In this document: positions 27,378 to 37,804 of the stretch, piece by piece | Numbering within the stretch: the stretch's first letter is position 1 | How the letters are laid out: the number at the start of each line of letters is the position of its first letter | Notes under the pieces: generated by a model | Databases searched by the model: none | What the model saw: the letters and a program-made list of their open reading frames with translations, nothing else | Told to the model about the DNA's origin: nothing | Translations under genes and position numbers: made by a program | Assembly (NCBI GenBank): GCA_016867315.1 | Contig: VGJV01000001.1 | Coordinates: 194,649 to 258,648 of the forward strand | Direction: 5' to 3' | Length of the DNA stretch: 64,000 bases | Origin: Candidatus Liptonbacteria bacterium | GTDB taxonomy: Bacteria > Patescibacteriota > Minisyncoccia > UBA6257 > 2-01-FULL-56-20

Positions 27378-28364
27378 ATGGAACTCGGACCCCCATCTTC
27401 CTCAACTAACTCCAATTCGCCTATCCCGCCGTTAGTACCCACTCCGCCTGCGGAGGTTTTTATTCGCACTATGGCGTCCGATTTACAGTCTCTTCGCGCG
27501 AGTGGAGGAGTACGACCCAAATCGGAACGTATCGTATTATCCAAACCCGCCGAGAACGAGCAGCCTCGGATTTCGTGGCTGGCCTCAAAAAATATTGAAG
27601 TGAAATGGCTTTTTGTAGCAGGGGGCGCAATCCTCATGCTCGGAGCGCTCTTGGTGTATGGGTTTAACCGATTTTCGGTGCCTTTTCCTTTCGGAGGGGG
27701 ACTCTCCGGTGCAGTTGCTACTTCTACCGCTGCAGAGGAGGAACTCGCTTTTGCTACTTCTTCGGTGCCGCAGGAACGGCCTAGCCTCCAAAAAGGGATT
27801 TTTCGTAAACCTTTAGACAGGTCTGCGTCTTTTATTGCGGCGCAGGTGGCGCAAAATATTACTGAACTTAAAACTCCGGTACAGCGGTTGCGGGAAGCTT
27901 TAGAAGCTTTGCCTGCACCTTCGGCTTCCTCGACTCTCGTCGAGATGCTTCCTATAGGCGAAAGCGGCGAACCTGTTTCCCTTTCGGAATATTTTACACT
28001 TCTGGATTTGGATGTATTTAACTCCGGATTTCTCGCCACTCACTTTGAGGGGCGGTTTGGGATGTTTGTGTATCGGGATAAAAAAGGCTGGTGGCCGGGA
28101 TATGTATTGGCTTTGAAACCCGGCGAGAATTGGCTTTTCCTTAAAGAAGAAATGGCTGCGCTCGAAGAATCCCCCAATCTTTCTAACTTTTTCCTTACTG
28201 CTCCCGGGAGTCCCAAATCTAATTTCTTAGATGCCCGCATCGGAGATGTGTCGGCGCGAGAGATCCTTTGGGCAGATGGACGATTTATTTATGGCTGGTT
28301 CCGGGGATATTTAGTTTTGAGCACGTCGCAAGCAGGGTTGGAGGCGGTGTTGCCGCGATTGTAA
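27378..28364 (+). CDS. hypothetical single-TM protein
   Basis: IRTMASDL N-terminal motif, one TM, extracellular domain. Confidence 0.75.
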   Translation: MELGPPSSSTNSNSPIPPLVPTPPAEVFIRTMASDLQSLRASGGVRPKSERIVLSKPAENEQPRISWLASKNIEVKWLFVAGGAILMLGALLVYGFNRFSVPFPFGGGLSGAVATSTAAEEELAFATSSVPQERPSLQKGIFRKPLDRSASFIAAQVAQNITELKTPVQRLREALEALPAPSASSTLVEMLPIGESGEPVSLSEYFTLLDLDVFNSGFLATHFEGRFGMFVYRDKKGWWPGYVLALKPGENWLFLKEEMAALEESPNLSNFFLTAPGSPKSNFLDARIGDVSAREILWADGRFIYGWFRGYLVLSTSQAGLEAVLPRL

Positions 28365-28370
28365 GCCTCG

Positions 28371-28477
28371 GCGTAGGTTCACATGATTCGGGGATGCGGT
28401 TTTCGGCTTGTTGCCGAAACCGCTATGCTCTCACGCCGCCGCGTTCCGAGAATCCCCTCATCACGCGAACCTGACGC
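28371..28477 (-). repeat. branched structured repeat, core copy
   Basis: GGGGA-hairpin-TATGCTCTC-ACGC CGCC GCGT-TCCGAGAA-TCCCC. Confidence 0.75.
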
Positions 28478-28481
28478 TTCT

Positions 28482-29516
28482 TTATTCTTCTTTTCCTGTT
28501 TCTTCTCCGACAGTCGCTCCTTCTTTTACTGCGTGGGCGGTTTTGGTTTTGATCGCGTTCAATAATTTTTTATCTTCCTTGAGCTTGGTGCGCACCGCAT
28601 CGAAACCGGTACCCAAGCGTTCGCCTTCGAAGGTGTAGCTTGCGCCTGATTTGGAGACAGTGCCATATCGCACGGCAGCGTTTAACACGTCTGCTTCGTA
28701 AGAAATTCCTTCGTTAAACATGATGTCGAATTCTGCGGTGCGGAAGGGAGGCGCCACTTTATTTTTCACTACTTTGGTTTTGACACGGCTGCCAATCACC
28801 GCTTCTCCTTTTTTGACTTGGGCGATGCGGCGGACATCAAGTCGAACCGAAGCGGCGAACTTGAGCGCCATTCCTCCGGGGGTGGTTTCGGGATTTCCAA
28901 ACATCACGCCGATTTTCATGCGCAATTGATTGATGAAGATCACGAGCGTTTGAGTTTGATTCGCGATGGCGGTGAGCTTTCGCAAGGCTTGCGCCATCAT
29001 ACGGGCTTGGCGGCCCACATGCTGGTCGCCCATTTCGCCTTCAAGCTCTGCGCGCGGGGTCAAGGCCGCGACAGAGTCTACAACTACCACCGAGATGATG
29101 CCTGAGCGCACGAGGCTTTCCAAAATATTCAGCGCTTCTTCGCCGTTGTCGGGTTGGGAAATTAAAAGATCATTTACCTTTACTCCTAGTCGGGCGGCAT
29201 ATTCCGGATCCATCGCATGTTCCGCGTCGATGAAGGCGGTTTTCCCTCCTTGTCGCTGAGCTTGCGCCACGACATTTAAAGCCAAAGTGGTTTTGCCGCT
29301 TGATTCCGGTCCGTAGATTTCTACAATGCGGCCGCGGGGCAGACCCCCTACTCCCAACGCGAGGTCAAGCGAAAAAGAGCCGGTGGGGACCACGGCCACG
29401 TCCACTTTTCGGGCTTCCCCTAACTTCATAATCGCTCCGTCGCCGAATTTATCGCGGAGCGTGGAGATTAAGTCCTCCAGCTCACCTCCTACTTCTTTGG
29501 TTTTCTTTGGGGTCAT
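28482..29516 (-). CDS. recA: recombinase RecA
   Basis: [39 protein letters not shown]. Confidence 0.99.
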   Translation of the reverse strand: MTPKKTKEVGGELEDLISTLRDKFGDGAIMKLGEARKVDVAVVPTGSFSLDLALGVGGLPRGRIVEIYGPESSGKTTLALNVVAQAQRQGGKTAFIDAEHAMDPEYAARLGVKVNDLLISQPDNGEEALNILESLVRSGIISVVVVDSVAALTPRAELEGEMGDQHVGRQARMMAQALRKLTAIANQTQTLVIFINQLRMKIGVMFGNPETTPGGMALKFAASVRLDVRRIAQVKKGEAVIGSRVKTKVVKNKVAPPFRTAEFDIMFNEGISYEADVLNAAVRYGTVSKSGASYTFEGERLGTGFDAVRTKLKEDKKLLNAIKTKTAHAVKEGATVGEETGKEE

Positions 29517-29630
29517 GGGTTTAAGTCTAGGGGAGTAGCTTTTAGTGTCAATCAGAGAGGAGGTGTGTACAAAAGTAGCGTGTATCAGTGTGATATACTA
29601 AAAGCAATAAATATTTCCGTGGGAAGCTTT

Positions 29631-30953
29631 ATGGAATATCTAAGCAGTAAGAATAAAAGTCTAAGAATTTTTACCTGCGGCGTGCTGGGAGTGATGCTCC
29701 TCCTCGCAAATTTTTCTTCGGTTTGGGCTCAAACTAAGGCGGAAATTGTAGATTGTTTCGATTACTACAAGTTCAATAGCGTGCAGGCGGATATTTCTTC
29801 CGCAAGTGCAGTATTGCCGGCGGGAGTGGAAGCCTCTTTTACCGCTACTTTCCATAATGAAAACCCTTATCCGATTGTAGGAGGTTCGCTTTATGTGAAA
29901 GTTTTTAAAAAACAAGCAGATGCTTCGGCGGGGCATCGCAATGCGGATTTGGTAGTGGATCAGTTTTTTGCGTTGGAAGGCATCGCACTCGATGCTCGCG
30001 CTACGCTTAAGAAGAGCTTCGCCTGGAAAGTGCCTGCACATGCCGAGACAGGAGAGTACTCTATCGCGAGTTTTTTTGTAACCAATAAAAAATTCAATTT
30101 ATTGGGACTTTCATTTACGGACGACGTGATTGGGAATTCTTTCGATTTTAAAATTGAGGGGACTACGGGTGGGAGTATTGTTTTCGATAAGAATGCGGTG
30201 ACTATGAACGGAGACGCGTACCGGTTTGCAGCTTTCCCTCCCAGATTTGGAAGTGAAAACATCGAAGTCCAAACAATTATCACAAACACTACTCGGAAAA
30301 CCCAGGAAGTGCCGGTTACATGGAAGCTTTACTACTGGGATGGGCTGGATTCGGAACGTTTGCTCACCGAGAAAAAAGAGATGTATGTGGTGCCAGCCGG
30401 GGGTACGCAGCCCGTCTCTTTCGTGATTACGCAGAACGAGCACTCTGTCTATTATTTAGTAGGAGAATTAGTTTATGAAGATACAAAATCAGTGATTGGG
30501 ATGCGTGCTGTGAGAACAGGGGTAAATAATACGCGGATCAATTTCCCTAGTCTTACGAAATATCCTTTGCGAGAGGGCGAAGCAAACTCAATTTTTTCTT
30601 GTGCGCATGCCACTGTGCAAGAAGATCCCTCCGCTTCCCTTAAGCTCAGTCTTAAAGACTCCTCCGGATATGTGATTCACTCTTCGGAGTATCGCGGGGC
30701 GATTACGGGAGATATGATGGGTCTGAAAAGCAATTTTGTGCCCGCTAAGCATTACGATAATGTAACGCTTTACGCCGAACTTTACCGCGGCTCGCAGCTT
30801 GTAGATTCGGCGGTGATGCCATACCAATGCGATGCAATTAATCCGAAATACTGTACGCCCCGGCCATATGTGCAACTATTACTATGGATACTTATTGCGG
30901 GGGTCATCGCGCTCGGGGTTGGGTTGATGGTAATTAATAGACGAAACGCATGA
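29631..30953 (+). CDS. secreted/membrane protein with Ig-like domains
   Basis: Signal peptide, beta-rich body, C-terminal TM. Confidence 0.75.
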   Translation: MEYLSSKNKSLRIFTCGVLGVMLLLANFSSVWAQTKAEIVDCFDYYKFNSVQADISSASAVLPAGVEASFTATFHNENPYPIVGGSLYVKVFKKQADASAGHRNADLVVDQFFALEGIALDARATLKKSFAWKVPAHAETGEYSIASFFVTNKKFNLLGLSFTDDVIGNSFDFKIEGTTGGSIVFDKNAVTMNGDAYRFAAFPPRFGSENIEVQTIITNTTRKTQEVPVTWKLYYWDGLDSERLLTEKKEMYVVPAGGTQPVSFVITQNEHSVYYLVGELVYEDTKSVIGMRAVRTGVNNTRINFPSLTKYPLREGEANSIFSCAHATVQEDPSASLKLSLKDSSGYVIHSSEYRGAITGDMMGLKSNFVPAKHYDNVTLYAELYRGSQLVDSAVMPYQCDAINPKYCTPRPYVQLLLWILIAGVIALGVGLMVINRRNA

Positions 30954-32158
30954 ACTACAAACTCAGAATAATTTTGCCTATTTTGTTTGCTGCGATAGGG
31001 ATCAGTATTTCTGGGAACCATATTGCTGAGGCAAAGGATGCAATATGGAGTAAGACTTTTTCGAATAATTTTTATTACTACTCCGAGCGTTTCCCGATTG
31101 AGTCAGGAGGAAAAGGATTAGGGAATCCTAATGTGACGATACGCTACCATGCGTTGATCAAAAATGCGGCGGATGGAAAGTATGTGGCGGACGGGAGCAC
31201 GATTCCTGTTGGCACTAAGCTTTTGTTTGAACGCGTCTCTTCCGTGGACGAGGATATTACATGGAATGGAACAGGATATTCGAGTGATACTCCCTACGGA
31301 CATTTCATTCCAAATGCCGGAGGGCCCGTTGTTGATTGTAATCCAGGAGAGAAAATGGGAAGTGTCACATCACCCAATGGCTCTAAATTTGATCCTTACG
31401 TAGTATTTTCAGCTCATCCTCCGTCCCATTCAATTTCTCATGCGGGCACTGCTGTGCTTTCTTGTAATGCCGATAACACTGAGTGCACGGTAACTTCGCC
31501 GGGTACTATTCAGACTACGTTTAATATTCGAGATACAACAGGCAAGTTTTATTATCGCTATTACGACTATAGAAGCGGAAAAGTGGAGTCCAATAATTTT
31601 AAACTAATCCCGGGATGTTATGGCAACAATATTCCTATGTCCCTCACTCCTACAAAGAATGGCAATCCCGGCGCTCCCTTTATTATGAACATCCCTTCTC
31701 AGGCCATCTCTTATAAATTTAATGCAGTTCAGCCCAATAGAGCCCCAGCGAAACCTGTTTGTTCTACGAGTCCCGCGAATGGAACCGTAGATACTCAATA
31801 TACTATTAAAGCCCAGGCTTCGGATCCCGATGGAGACGGGCTTCGCTATGAATTTGCATTTGAGGGGAATACGCAGGCCACTGTGTACGTTCCCAGCACG
31901 GGATATGCACGGAGCGGGGCCGAGCAATCTATCCTGAAACAGTGGGCTTCGGAGGGAACGAAGAAAGTGCAGGTGCGAGCGATTGATGCAAGCGGTGCGC
32001 AATCAGAGTGGGGAGCATGCGATGTGTCGGTGGGAGCACGCGCGCGGCCTAAGGTGCAGCTTTTTATAGGGCCCTTGGGGAAGTGCGAGGCCGGGAAGGA
32101 AGTAACCGTTTTGAAGAATGAAAAAGTTTCCTTATGTTGGAAGGTGAATGTAGAATAA
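30950..32158 (+). CDS. secreted protein with PKD/Ig-like C-terminal domain
   Basis: Signal peptide; NRAPAKP...ASDPDGDGLRYEF...VRAIDASGAQSEW. Confidence 0.75.
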   Translation: MNYKLRIILPILFAAIGISISGNHIAEAKDAIWSKTFSNNFYYYSERFPIESGGKGLGNPNVTIRYHALIKNAADGKYVADGSTIPVGTKLLFERVSSVDEDITWNGTGYSSDTPYGHFIPNAGGPVVDCNPGEKMGSVTSPNGSKFDPYVVFSAHPPSHSISHAGTAVLSCNADNTECTVTSPGTIQTTFNIRDTTGKFYYRYYDYRSGKVESNNFKLIPGCYGNNIPMSLTPTKNGNPGAPFIMNIPSQAISYKFNAVQPNRAPAKPVCSTSPANGTVDTQYTIKAQASDPDGDGLRYEFAFEGNTQATVYVPSTGYARSGAEQSILKQWASEGTKKVQVRAIDASGAQSEWGACDVSVGARARPKVQLFIGPLGKCEAGKEVTVLKNEKVSLCWKVNVE

Positions 32159-34395
32159 TGCAAAGCAAAAAAAATTTAGTGGGGTTGTTTATCGCATTTT
32201 CATTGGTGTTTATTCCAGGGTTTTTTGTTGGAGTTAAGGCTCAATCTTCGCAGGTGTTCGACAAACCCGGAACATATACCTGGACTGTGCCGCAGGATGT
32301 GACTCAGATAAAAGTGAAAGTATGGGGTGCGGGAGGAGCAGGAGGATTGGGGCACCAGGCGGCCAATAAATATCTTCTACTACGTGCTGCGGGTGGTGGA
32401 GGAGGAGGGGGAGGTTATGCCGAGGGGGTTTTGAGCGTGACTCCTGGGATAACATACGAGGTGATAGTTGGGGCAGGAGGAGAGCCAGGCTTTACTCCTG
32501 ATGGTAGCAAAGGATTTTCCGTAGATCCCAAATACCTTTTACAAGGGGGATGGTATGCCAGTCCAGCAGGAAATAGCGAATTCCGTGTTAATTGGAAAAA
32601 TCAATGGTTTGCGGTAGGAGCCGGGGGCGGAGGAAGTGGAGGTTCAGCGCAATTAGGAACCGTAACCACAGGGGCTTTTTTGGGAATCGGAGCACCGGGA
32701 AAAGGGTGGGGGGGTACCGTATGGGCTCAGGGAGCGGGTAATGGAGGTTGGGATTCGAGACAACCTAATGATCCCCAAAAATTTCCCACGGGAGGGGGTG
32801 GAGGATCAGGTTATTTTATTGGTTATGCTCAAGGGCAAGTGGGAGGCATTTCTAAAACGGGTGCCAATGGAAGCGGAGTCCCTTTGACTTCAGGTAATGG
32901 CGGCGCAGGGGCCGAAGGTGGCGCCGGAGGGTTGGCTGGGAGCGGCCGAACTCCTGGGGGAGATGGGATAGCTCCTGGGGGCGGTGGCGGAGGATCTATG
33001 GAAGGAATGTACGACAATGGCTCCGTTTCCTACGAGCTGGCAGGAAGCGGGGCGGATGGGAAAGTAGTAATTGAGTATTTAACCAGCCAAGCTCCTGTGA
33101 CGCCTGCTTCACCTACTTTTGAATGCAGACCCGTCGCGGAGTCGGTGTCGGGAGATTTTCGCGGGAACCTGCCTTTGCCTGCCGGAAGCGCTACTTCGGG
33201 ACCGCTCTCGACGGATAAAAAATTTAAGATCGAGTGTTGGAACACGGCAGATCCGGAAGCTCCGCATATTTTCGATCAGGTGGAGGCAAAAGTAACTGGG
33301 CCGGACCTGGTGGCGACGACTCCTGTTGTCCAATGGGTAAGTGGTGGCAAAACTGGACAGGAAGGTCAAAATATTTTTGCAGAAGGAGCTACTCTTCGTT
33401 TCTCTTACGGGATTAAAAATGAGGGGAAGGCAACGGCTGGAGCATCCAAAATGAGTTGGAGGGCGGCCGAGACCACCATTCCAGATAAGGTAGAGAAGTT
33501 CGGAGTACTCCCGCCTTTAGTGGATACTCCGCAGCTCGCAATAGGAGGAGTGGCGCCGTTTGTTCGGGAAATCGCCGATGTTCGAGTCGGGGAGTTTGGA
33601 TTGGGAATTTGCGCGGATGAGGAAAAGAAAGTAGATGAATCAAACGAAACCAATAACTGCTCGGGTATTTTGAAACTTAAGGTGGTAAAGGTAGAAAAAA
33701 AGTCTTTTTGTGAAGAAAATCCTAATGATCCATCGTGCAAACCCGTGACAGGAGGGAAGTGGGATGGGTGGATCAAGATGTCCGGAAAAACTACCACGGG
33801 AGCTGATTATGGCGTGCGCTATGATCCGCAAACCACCCGATTCTGCGGGTACGCGTGGGGGGGCGCAGTCGTAGGGTGGGTGTCTTTTGGACCTTTGCCG
33901 GGGACTGCAACTGGATGTGATCAATCTCCGACTTTGTACCAATGGGCACGACTTTCAACTGTGGCTGATGCCAAAATACGGCCTGAGGTAAAGAAAATTG
34001 AACTTCCCAATCTTACAGAAAAAGACGCTCTAGTTTTTCCTTTGGCTTATCAATTAGGGGGGTGGGCTTGGTCTTCAAATATTGGTTGGATCAGTCTTTC
34101 TAATGCAAATCATGCAGGAACTGTTAATTATGGCGTGACAATGGATGTAAAGGGAGACGTTCAAGATAAAGCTTCTGGGCGTAGTTTAAAGGGGTGGGCT
34201 TGGTCTTCCAATATTGGTTGGATTAAGTTCGATGCGGCTCCATTCAACTTTTCAAGGCCAAATGGAGAAATGTATCCGGATGCGCCTCAGAAATCTGCAA
34301 CTACGAATATTAATACGAATATGATAGAGGGTTGGGCGCGAGTGTGTGCGGGAACTATAAAGGGAGATTGTAATAGTTCTAGTAGAGCTGATTAA
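32158..34395 (+). CDS. secreted Gly-rich / CARDB / GWAW-repeat surface protein
   Basis: WTVP...VWGAGGAGG Gly-rich domain; DESNETNNC CARDB; GWAWSSNIGWI repeats. Confidence 0.78.
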   Translation: MQSKKNLVGLFIAFSLVFIPGFFVGVKAQSSQVFDKPGTYTWTVPQDVTQIKVKVWGAGGAGGLGHQAANKYLLLRAAGGGGGGGGYAEGVLSVTPGITYEVIVGAGGEPGFTPDGSKGFSVDPKYLLQGGWYASPAGNSEFRVNWKNQWFAVGAGGGGSGGSAQLGTVTTGAFLGIGAPGKGWGGTVWAQGAGNGGWDSRQPNDPQKFPTGGGGGSGYFIGYAQGQVGGISKTGANGSGVPLTSGNGGAGAEGGAGGLAGSGRTPGGDGIAPGGGGGGSMEGMYDNGSVSYELAGSGADGKVVIEYLTSQAPVTPASPTFECRPVAESVSGDFRGNLPLPAGSATSGPLSTDKKFKIECWNTADPEAPHIFDQVEAKVTGPDLVATTPVVQWVSGGKTGQEGQNIFAEGATLRFSYGIKNEGKATAGASKMSWRAAETTIPDKVEKFGVLPPLVDTPQLAIGGVAPFVREIADVRVGEFGLGICADEEKKVDESNETNNCSGILKLKVVKVEKKSFCEENPNDPSCKPVTGGKWDGWIKMSGKTTTGADYGVRYDPQTTRFCGYAWGGAVVGWVSFGPLPGTATGCDQSPTLYQWARLSTVADAKIRPEVKKIELPNLTEKDALVFPLAYQLGGWAWSSNIGWISLSNANHAGTVNYGVTMDVKGDVQDKASGRSLKGWAWSSNIGWIKFDAAPFNFSRPNGEMYPDAPQKSATTNINTNMIEGWARVCAGTIKGDCNSSSRAD

Positions 34396-34471
34396 AAAGC
34401 GAAAGACCCAAATAGGTGTTTGGGTCTTCGTTGATTGGTTGTCTGCAAAAGTCTTTTAGGCACAACCGGGC

Positions 34472-35530
34472 CTATTCTCGGTATCGAGCGCGATAAAATC
34501 CGGGTTGTTCTGTCACGTCGTCACCTGTTAACACCGTTGATCCTTCATGCACAACGCTTGGGATTGTGATCCAGGATTTGAAGTCTGTTGTTTTTTCGAA
34601 AATAACATCTTCTTTGCTGTTGATGTTGTCTCCGAATGCACTAAGACTAATCCATGGACCACTCCACTCATTGGCGGGGTGATGTTGGGTGACGAGGAGT
34701 AATGGTTCTTGATCCGTTGCTGGAAGTTTGTTCCCAGCTCCTGTGTAATACCGGACAATGCTTTCGTCCGCTAATTCCATCGTGAGAACTCCTATGGACT
34801 TCTCAAGTATGGGTTTCGCAGGAAGGGCTACTAATCCAGTTTCGGGATCTACAGAAACCACGAATGGGCCGGGGATGAAGGCTTTTGGAGTTGCACTTTT
34901 CACTCCTAGTTGTTGGTAGTAGGGATTCGAGTCGTTAAACTTTTTTCCATCCCACCAACGCATTCGGCCGTTCACCGCTCCTGGTATCCGCATGAAGACG
35001 CTTTTCCCAAGTTTCATTTGGAGATCGTTTGCGACAGATTGTGACGGACGCCACATTTCATCGCTTCCTTTCTCTAAAGTGAAATTGAGGATGTCTTCGA
35101 AGAAAGTTGCTGCTCCGAAATAACTTAGCTCAGTCCAATTTACCCTGACGACGTAACGCGCGTTTTGGACACGCTGGATCGAGGCTAGGTATTTTCGAAT
35201 GCCTTTCTTTGCATGCTCGAGGAGTTGAGTTTCAGTCCAATCTCCTTGAGTGTTGATTTTTTGCAGGGCGGGATCTTCTATCCCTGTGTCCACTCCCCAT
35301 CCTTCTGAGGGTGGGGTGGGTCCCATGTCGTTCAGCGGGGCAGCATTCACGTTCTCGGTGATTTTCCGAGAAAGGAATATTGCTCGCGTGAAGCTCGCTC
35401 CTTGCTGCCGGAAGTAGGATGCATTTCCCACCTCCATCTTTTGAGGAGCTTGCGGTGCGTCAGTGGCGAAAGCCCTGACTAGCATGCAAGCAAAGCAGAA
35501 AAGAGTAGTTACTCCAGTCAGAGTTTTCAT
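34472..35530 (-). CDS. secreted hypothetical protein with C-terminal 'TTDFKSW...GFYRA' motif
   Basis: Signal peptide; own TTGACG-18-TATAAT promoter (35664-35635); terminator at about 34400-34430. Confidence 0.7.
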   Translation of the reverse strand: MKTLTGVTTLFCFACMLVRAFATDAPQAPQKMEVGNASYFRQQGASFTRAIFLSRKITENVNAAPLNDMGPTPPSEGWGVDTGIEDPALQKINTQGDWTETQLLEHAKKGIRKYLASIQRVQNARYVVRVNWTELSYFGAATFFEDILNFTLEKGSDEMWRPSQSVANDLQMKLGKSVFMRIPGAVNGRMRWWDGKKFNDSNPYYQQLGVKSATPKAFIPGPFVVSVDPETGLVALPAKPILEKSIGVLTMELADESIVRYYTGAGNKLPATDQEPLLLVTQHHPANEWSGPWISLSAFGDNINSKEDVIFEKTTDFKSWITIPSVVHEGSTVLTGDDVTEQPGFYRARYRE

Positions 35531-35792
35531 AAAGGTGAATCTTTCAATTCAGTCAAAGCAGTCCGGTATTTTCGAACGTAAATCTCTCCACCCGGAGAGC
35601 AGTTCGTTTTTCAAGGCGCACTTTGATTGCTTACATTATACCACGAAATTTGGGGTCCCGTCAATGTTCGATTGGCCCTTGGTATGTAAGGATTGGGGGT
35701 CGAAAAGTCCACAGAATATACACATTACCCCTTTCTTCTTAAAGAGGAATTATGCACAATTTTCCGATTTGCAGTGTGATACAATTTGAATA

Positions 35793-36386
35793 ATGACCGC
35801 TAAAGCTCGAGCCAGATTAGGAGTAATCGCAGGACTCGCACTTATTTTTGTTCTCGGTATTTTTCTTTGGAAGGAGGGATATTTCCATAATGCGCAGATG
35901 GTGCCTGCGGCTCTGGCTCAAGCGGGATCAGAGGGAGGAATTTGTGCAAAATCTACCACAGCAACTCCAAGTATATCTGTGGAAAGAAAACCTGATGGCA
36001 CCGCTGCTGTTTATTGGGCGGTGACAGGAGCTGGGGATTTTGCGCCCAAATTCCAAAATTGCAAAGTTAGTTTATATGATGAGAAAAGCGGAAGTTGTAT
36101 TCAGACTTCCACGAAAGCCCCCAGTGCTTCTTTTTTGCGATATTGTGATGCGCCGACGTTAGAGCAGGGAAAATGGAAATCTAATTGCAAGGTAAATGAT
36201 GATAGGGCGTATCATGTGCAGATTGCTTGTGTGTCCGAGATTGTGGGTGCCCAGAATTCTCAAGGGAAGCCGGTGGCCCCGGAAGATAGTTATAAAATGG
36301 TAATAGGAGCCCCATCTACTTCCACTTCCACGGATAAATTGCCGGAGCCGCCGCCGCCTGTGAAGCCGAGATACAGAGAGTTTTAG
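35793..36386 (+). CDS. membrane-anchored Cys-containing hypothetical protein
   Basis: N-terminal TM; C-terminal PRYREF. Confidence 0.7.
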   Translation: MTAKARARLGVIAGLALIFVLGIFLWKEGYFHNAQMVPAALAQAGSEGGICAKSTTATPSISVERKPDGTAAVYWAVTGAGDFAPKFQNCKVSLYDEKSGSCIQTSTKAPSASFLRYCDAPTLEQGKWKSNCKVNDDRAYHVQIACVSEIVGAQNSQGKPVAPEDSYKMVIGAPSTSTSTDKLPEPPPPVKPRYREF

Positions 36387-36449
36387 ATGGCGAGTAGCCA
36401 GTAGCACGGAGCGGGTAGTAAAAGGAATAACTAATAGAAAGACAAAATT

Positions 36450-36731
36450 ATGGCACGAGGGAAATCAACCACAAATCCAGAAACTGTTTGGCTCATCGTG
36501 GGATTGGGTGTTCTCGCGGCCTTTTTAGTGGTGATGCTCGCGCAGGTTTTATTTCCTTCACAAAGCATTGCGCCTTTGGGAAGGGTAACTGATATCGTGC
36601 CCGAACAGATGGATACGCTTTTCGGATTGGAGGCGGCGGCGAGTATGAGGCCATCGGCACCACCACTTACTGCGGCACAGGAAGTTACGCTTCGCTTACT
36701 CGAAGAGCGGGCGGGGATTCAGAGAAATTAA
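36450..36731 (+). CDS. hypothetical single-TM protein
   Basis: 93-aa ORF with one TM. Confidence 0.6.
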   Translation: MARGKSTTNPETVWLIVGLGVLAAFLVVMLAQVLFPSQSIAPLGRVTDIVPEQMDTLFGLEAAASMRPSAPPLTAAQEVTLRLLEERAGIQRN

Positions 36732-36734
36732 AAC

Positions 36735-36854
36735 GGAAATGTTGCTCACCCTATTCCTTGCGGGGACGTTGTCTCCGACCGACTGTCGGAGCAACTATAC
36801 TCTCGGGCCGTCGCCCTGTGAGAACCCCCGCGCGGAACAGAGTTCGCATTTTCC
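36735..36854 (-). repeat. branched structured repeat, core copy
   Basis: GCGGGGA-hairpin-TATACTCTC-GGGC CGTC GCCC-TGTGAGAA-CCCCCGC. Confidence 0.75.
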
Positions 36855-36880
36855 ACAGTTTAATTTGTTATACTGTAATT

Positions 36881-37801
36881 ATGATTTTTAAAAGAGCTGG
36901 GGTAGTCGGGATAGTGGGAGCCGCGGCATTTCTTTTGGGCTCGGGAGCGAGTTATCTTTTTGCGCAGACTACTGCGGGATGGACTGCGCCTACTGCCACT
37001 CCGCCAGGAGGAAATACGGAGGCGCCGGTGAATGTAGGACCTTTTCTTCAGCATAAGAATGGAGGGTTGAGTGTGGGGGGGAATGGGCAGCCACTCAATG
37101 CCAGTGGAACTTTGAGTGTGGTGGGGGATACAAAATTGGGCAAAGATTTGGAAGTTATCGGAAGAGTAAAAGTAGGGCAATCGCTCATAGCTCCGATCAT
37201 ATCTGCGGGACCGCTTTCGCCCGAAGCGCCGCTTTCGTCAGTGGCTTTGACTGTGGGAGGGAAGGTGCAGATTCGAGGAGGGAATCCTCAATCCGGGTAT
37301 GTACTTACTGCCACGGGAACAGATGGTACCACGGAGTGGAAGGCTGCTCCTATCACTAAAATTGTCCCCGGGAGCAACGTGACGGTTAGCCCGGCTTCCG
37401 GAATGGGAGAAGTGACTATTAATGCCATAGGAGGAGTAACCAAGCTGCGAGCGGGATCAAATATTTCTATCGATCAGGAAACTGGGGAAGTTACGGTGAG
37501 CGCTTCGTTTTCAGATAATACGCCTTCTTGGGTGAATAACATTCCATATCCGCCGGGAGGTGGGAAGATTCTGGTATCGAATTCAGAGGGGAGTGCGTCT
37601 TGGCAGGATCCGCTTTCGCTTCCAGAGCTGCGCCCGCGTGCTGCTACTGGCACTGTGTGTGGAGGAGGAACGGACGGGGCAGGGCAGGGATTGGGATCTT
37701 TACCTACTGTGTGGGGAAGTTGTGCATCTCAACGGACGCCGAATTGTGTAAATGCAACTTACCAGCGCGTAGGAGGCAGCGGATTTATTTGTGTGCGATA
37801 A
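36881..37801 (+). CDS. secreted fibre/adhesin-like protein
   Basis: WTAPTATPPGGNTEAPVNVG, GYVLTATGTDGTTEW, ITKIVPGSNVTV repeats, Cys-rich tip. Confidence 0.7.
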   Translation: MIFKRAGVVGIVGAAAFLLGSGASYLFAQTTAGWTAPTATPPGGNTEAPVNVGPFLQHKNGGLSVGGNGQPLNASGTLSVVGDTKLGKDLEVIGRVKVGQSLIAPIISAGPLSPEAPLSSVALTVGGKVQIRGGNPQSGYVLTATGTDGTTEWKAAPITKIVPGSNVTVSPASGMGEVTINAIGGVTKLRAGSNISIDQETGEVTVSASFSDNTPSWVNNIPYPPGGGKILVSNSEGSASWQDPLSLPELRPRAATGTVCGGGTDGAGQGLGSLPTVWGSCASQRTPNCVNATYQRVGGSGFICVR

Positions 37802-37804
37802 TCG

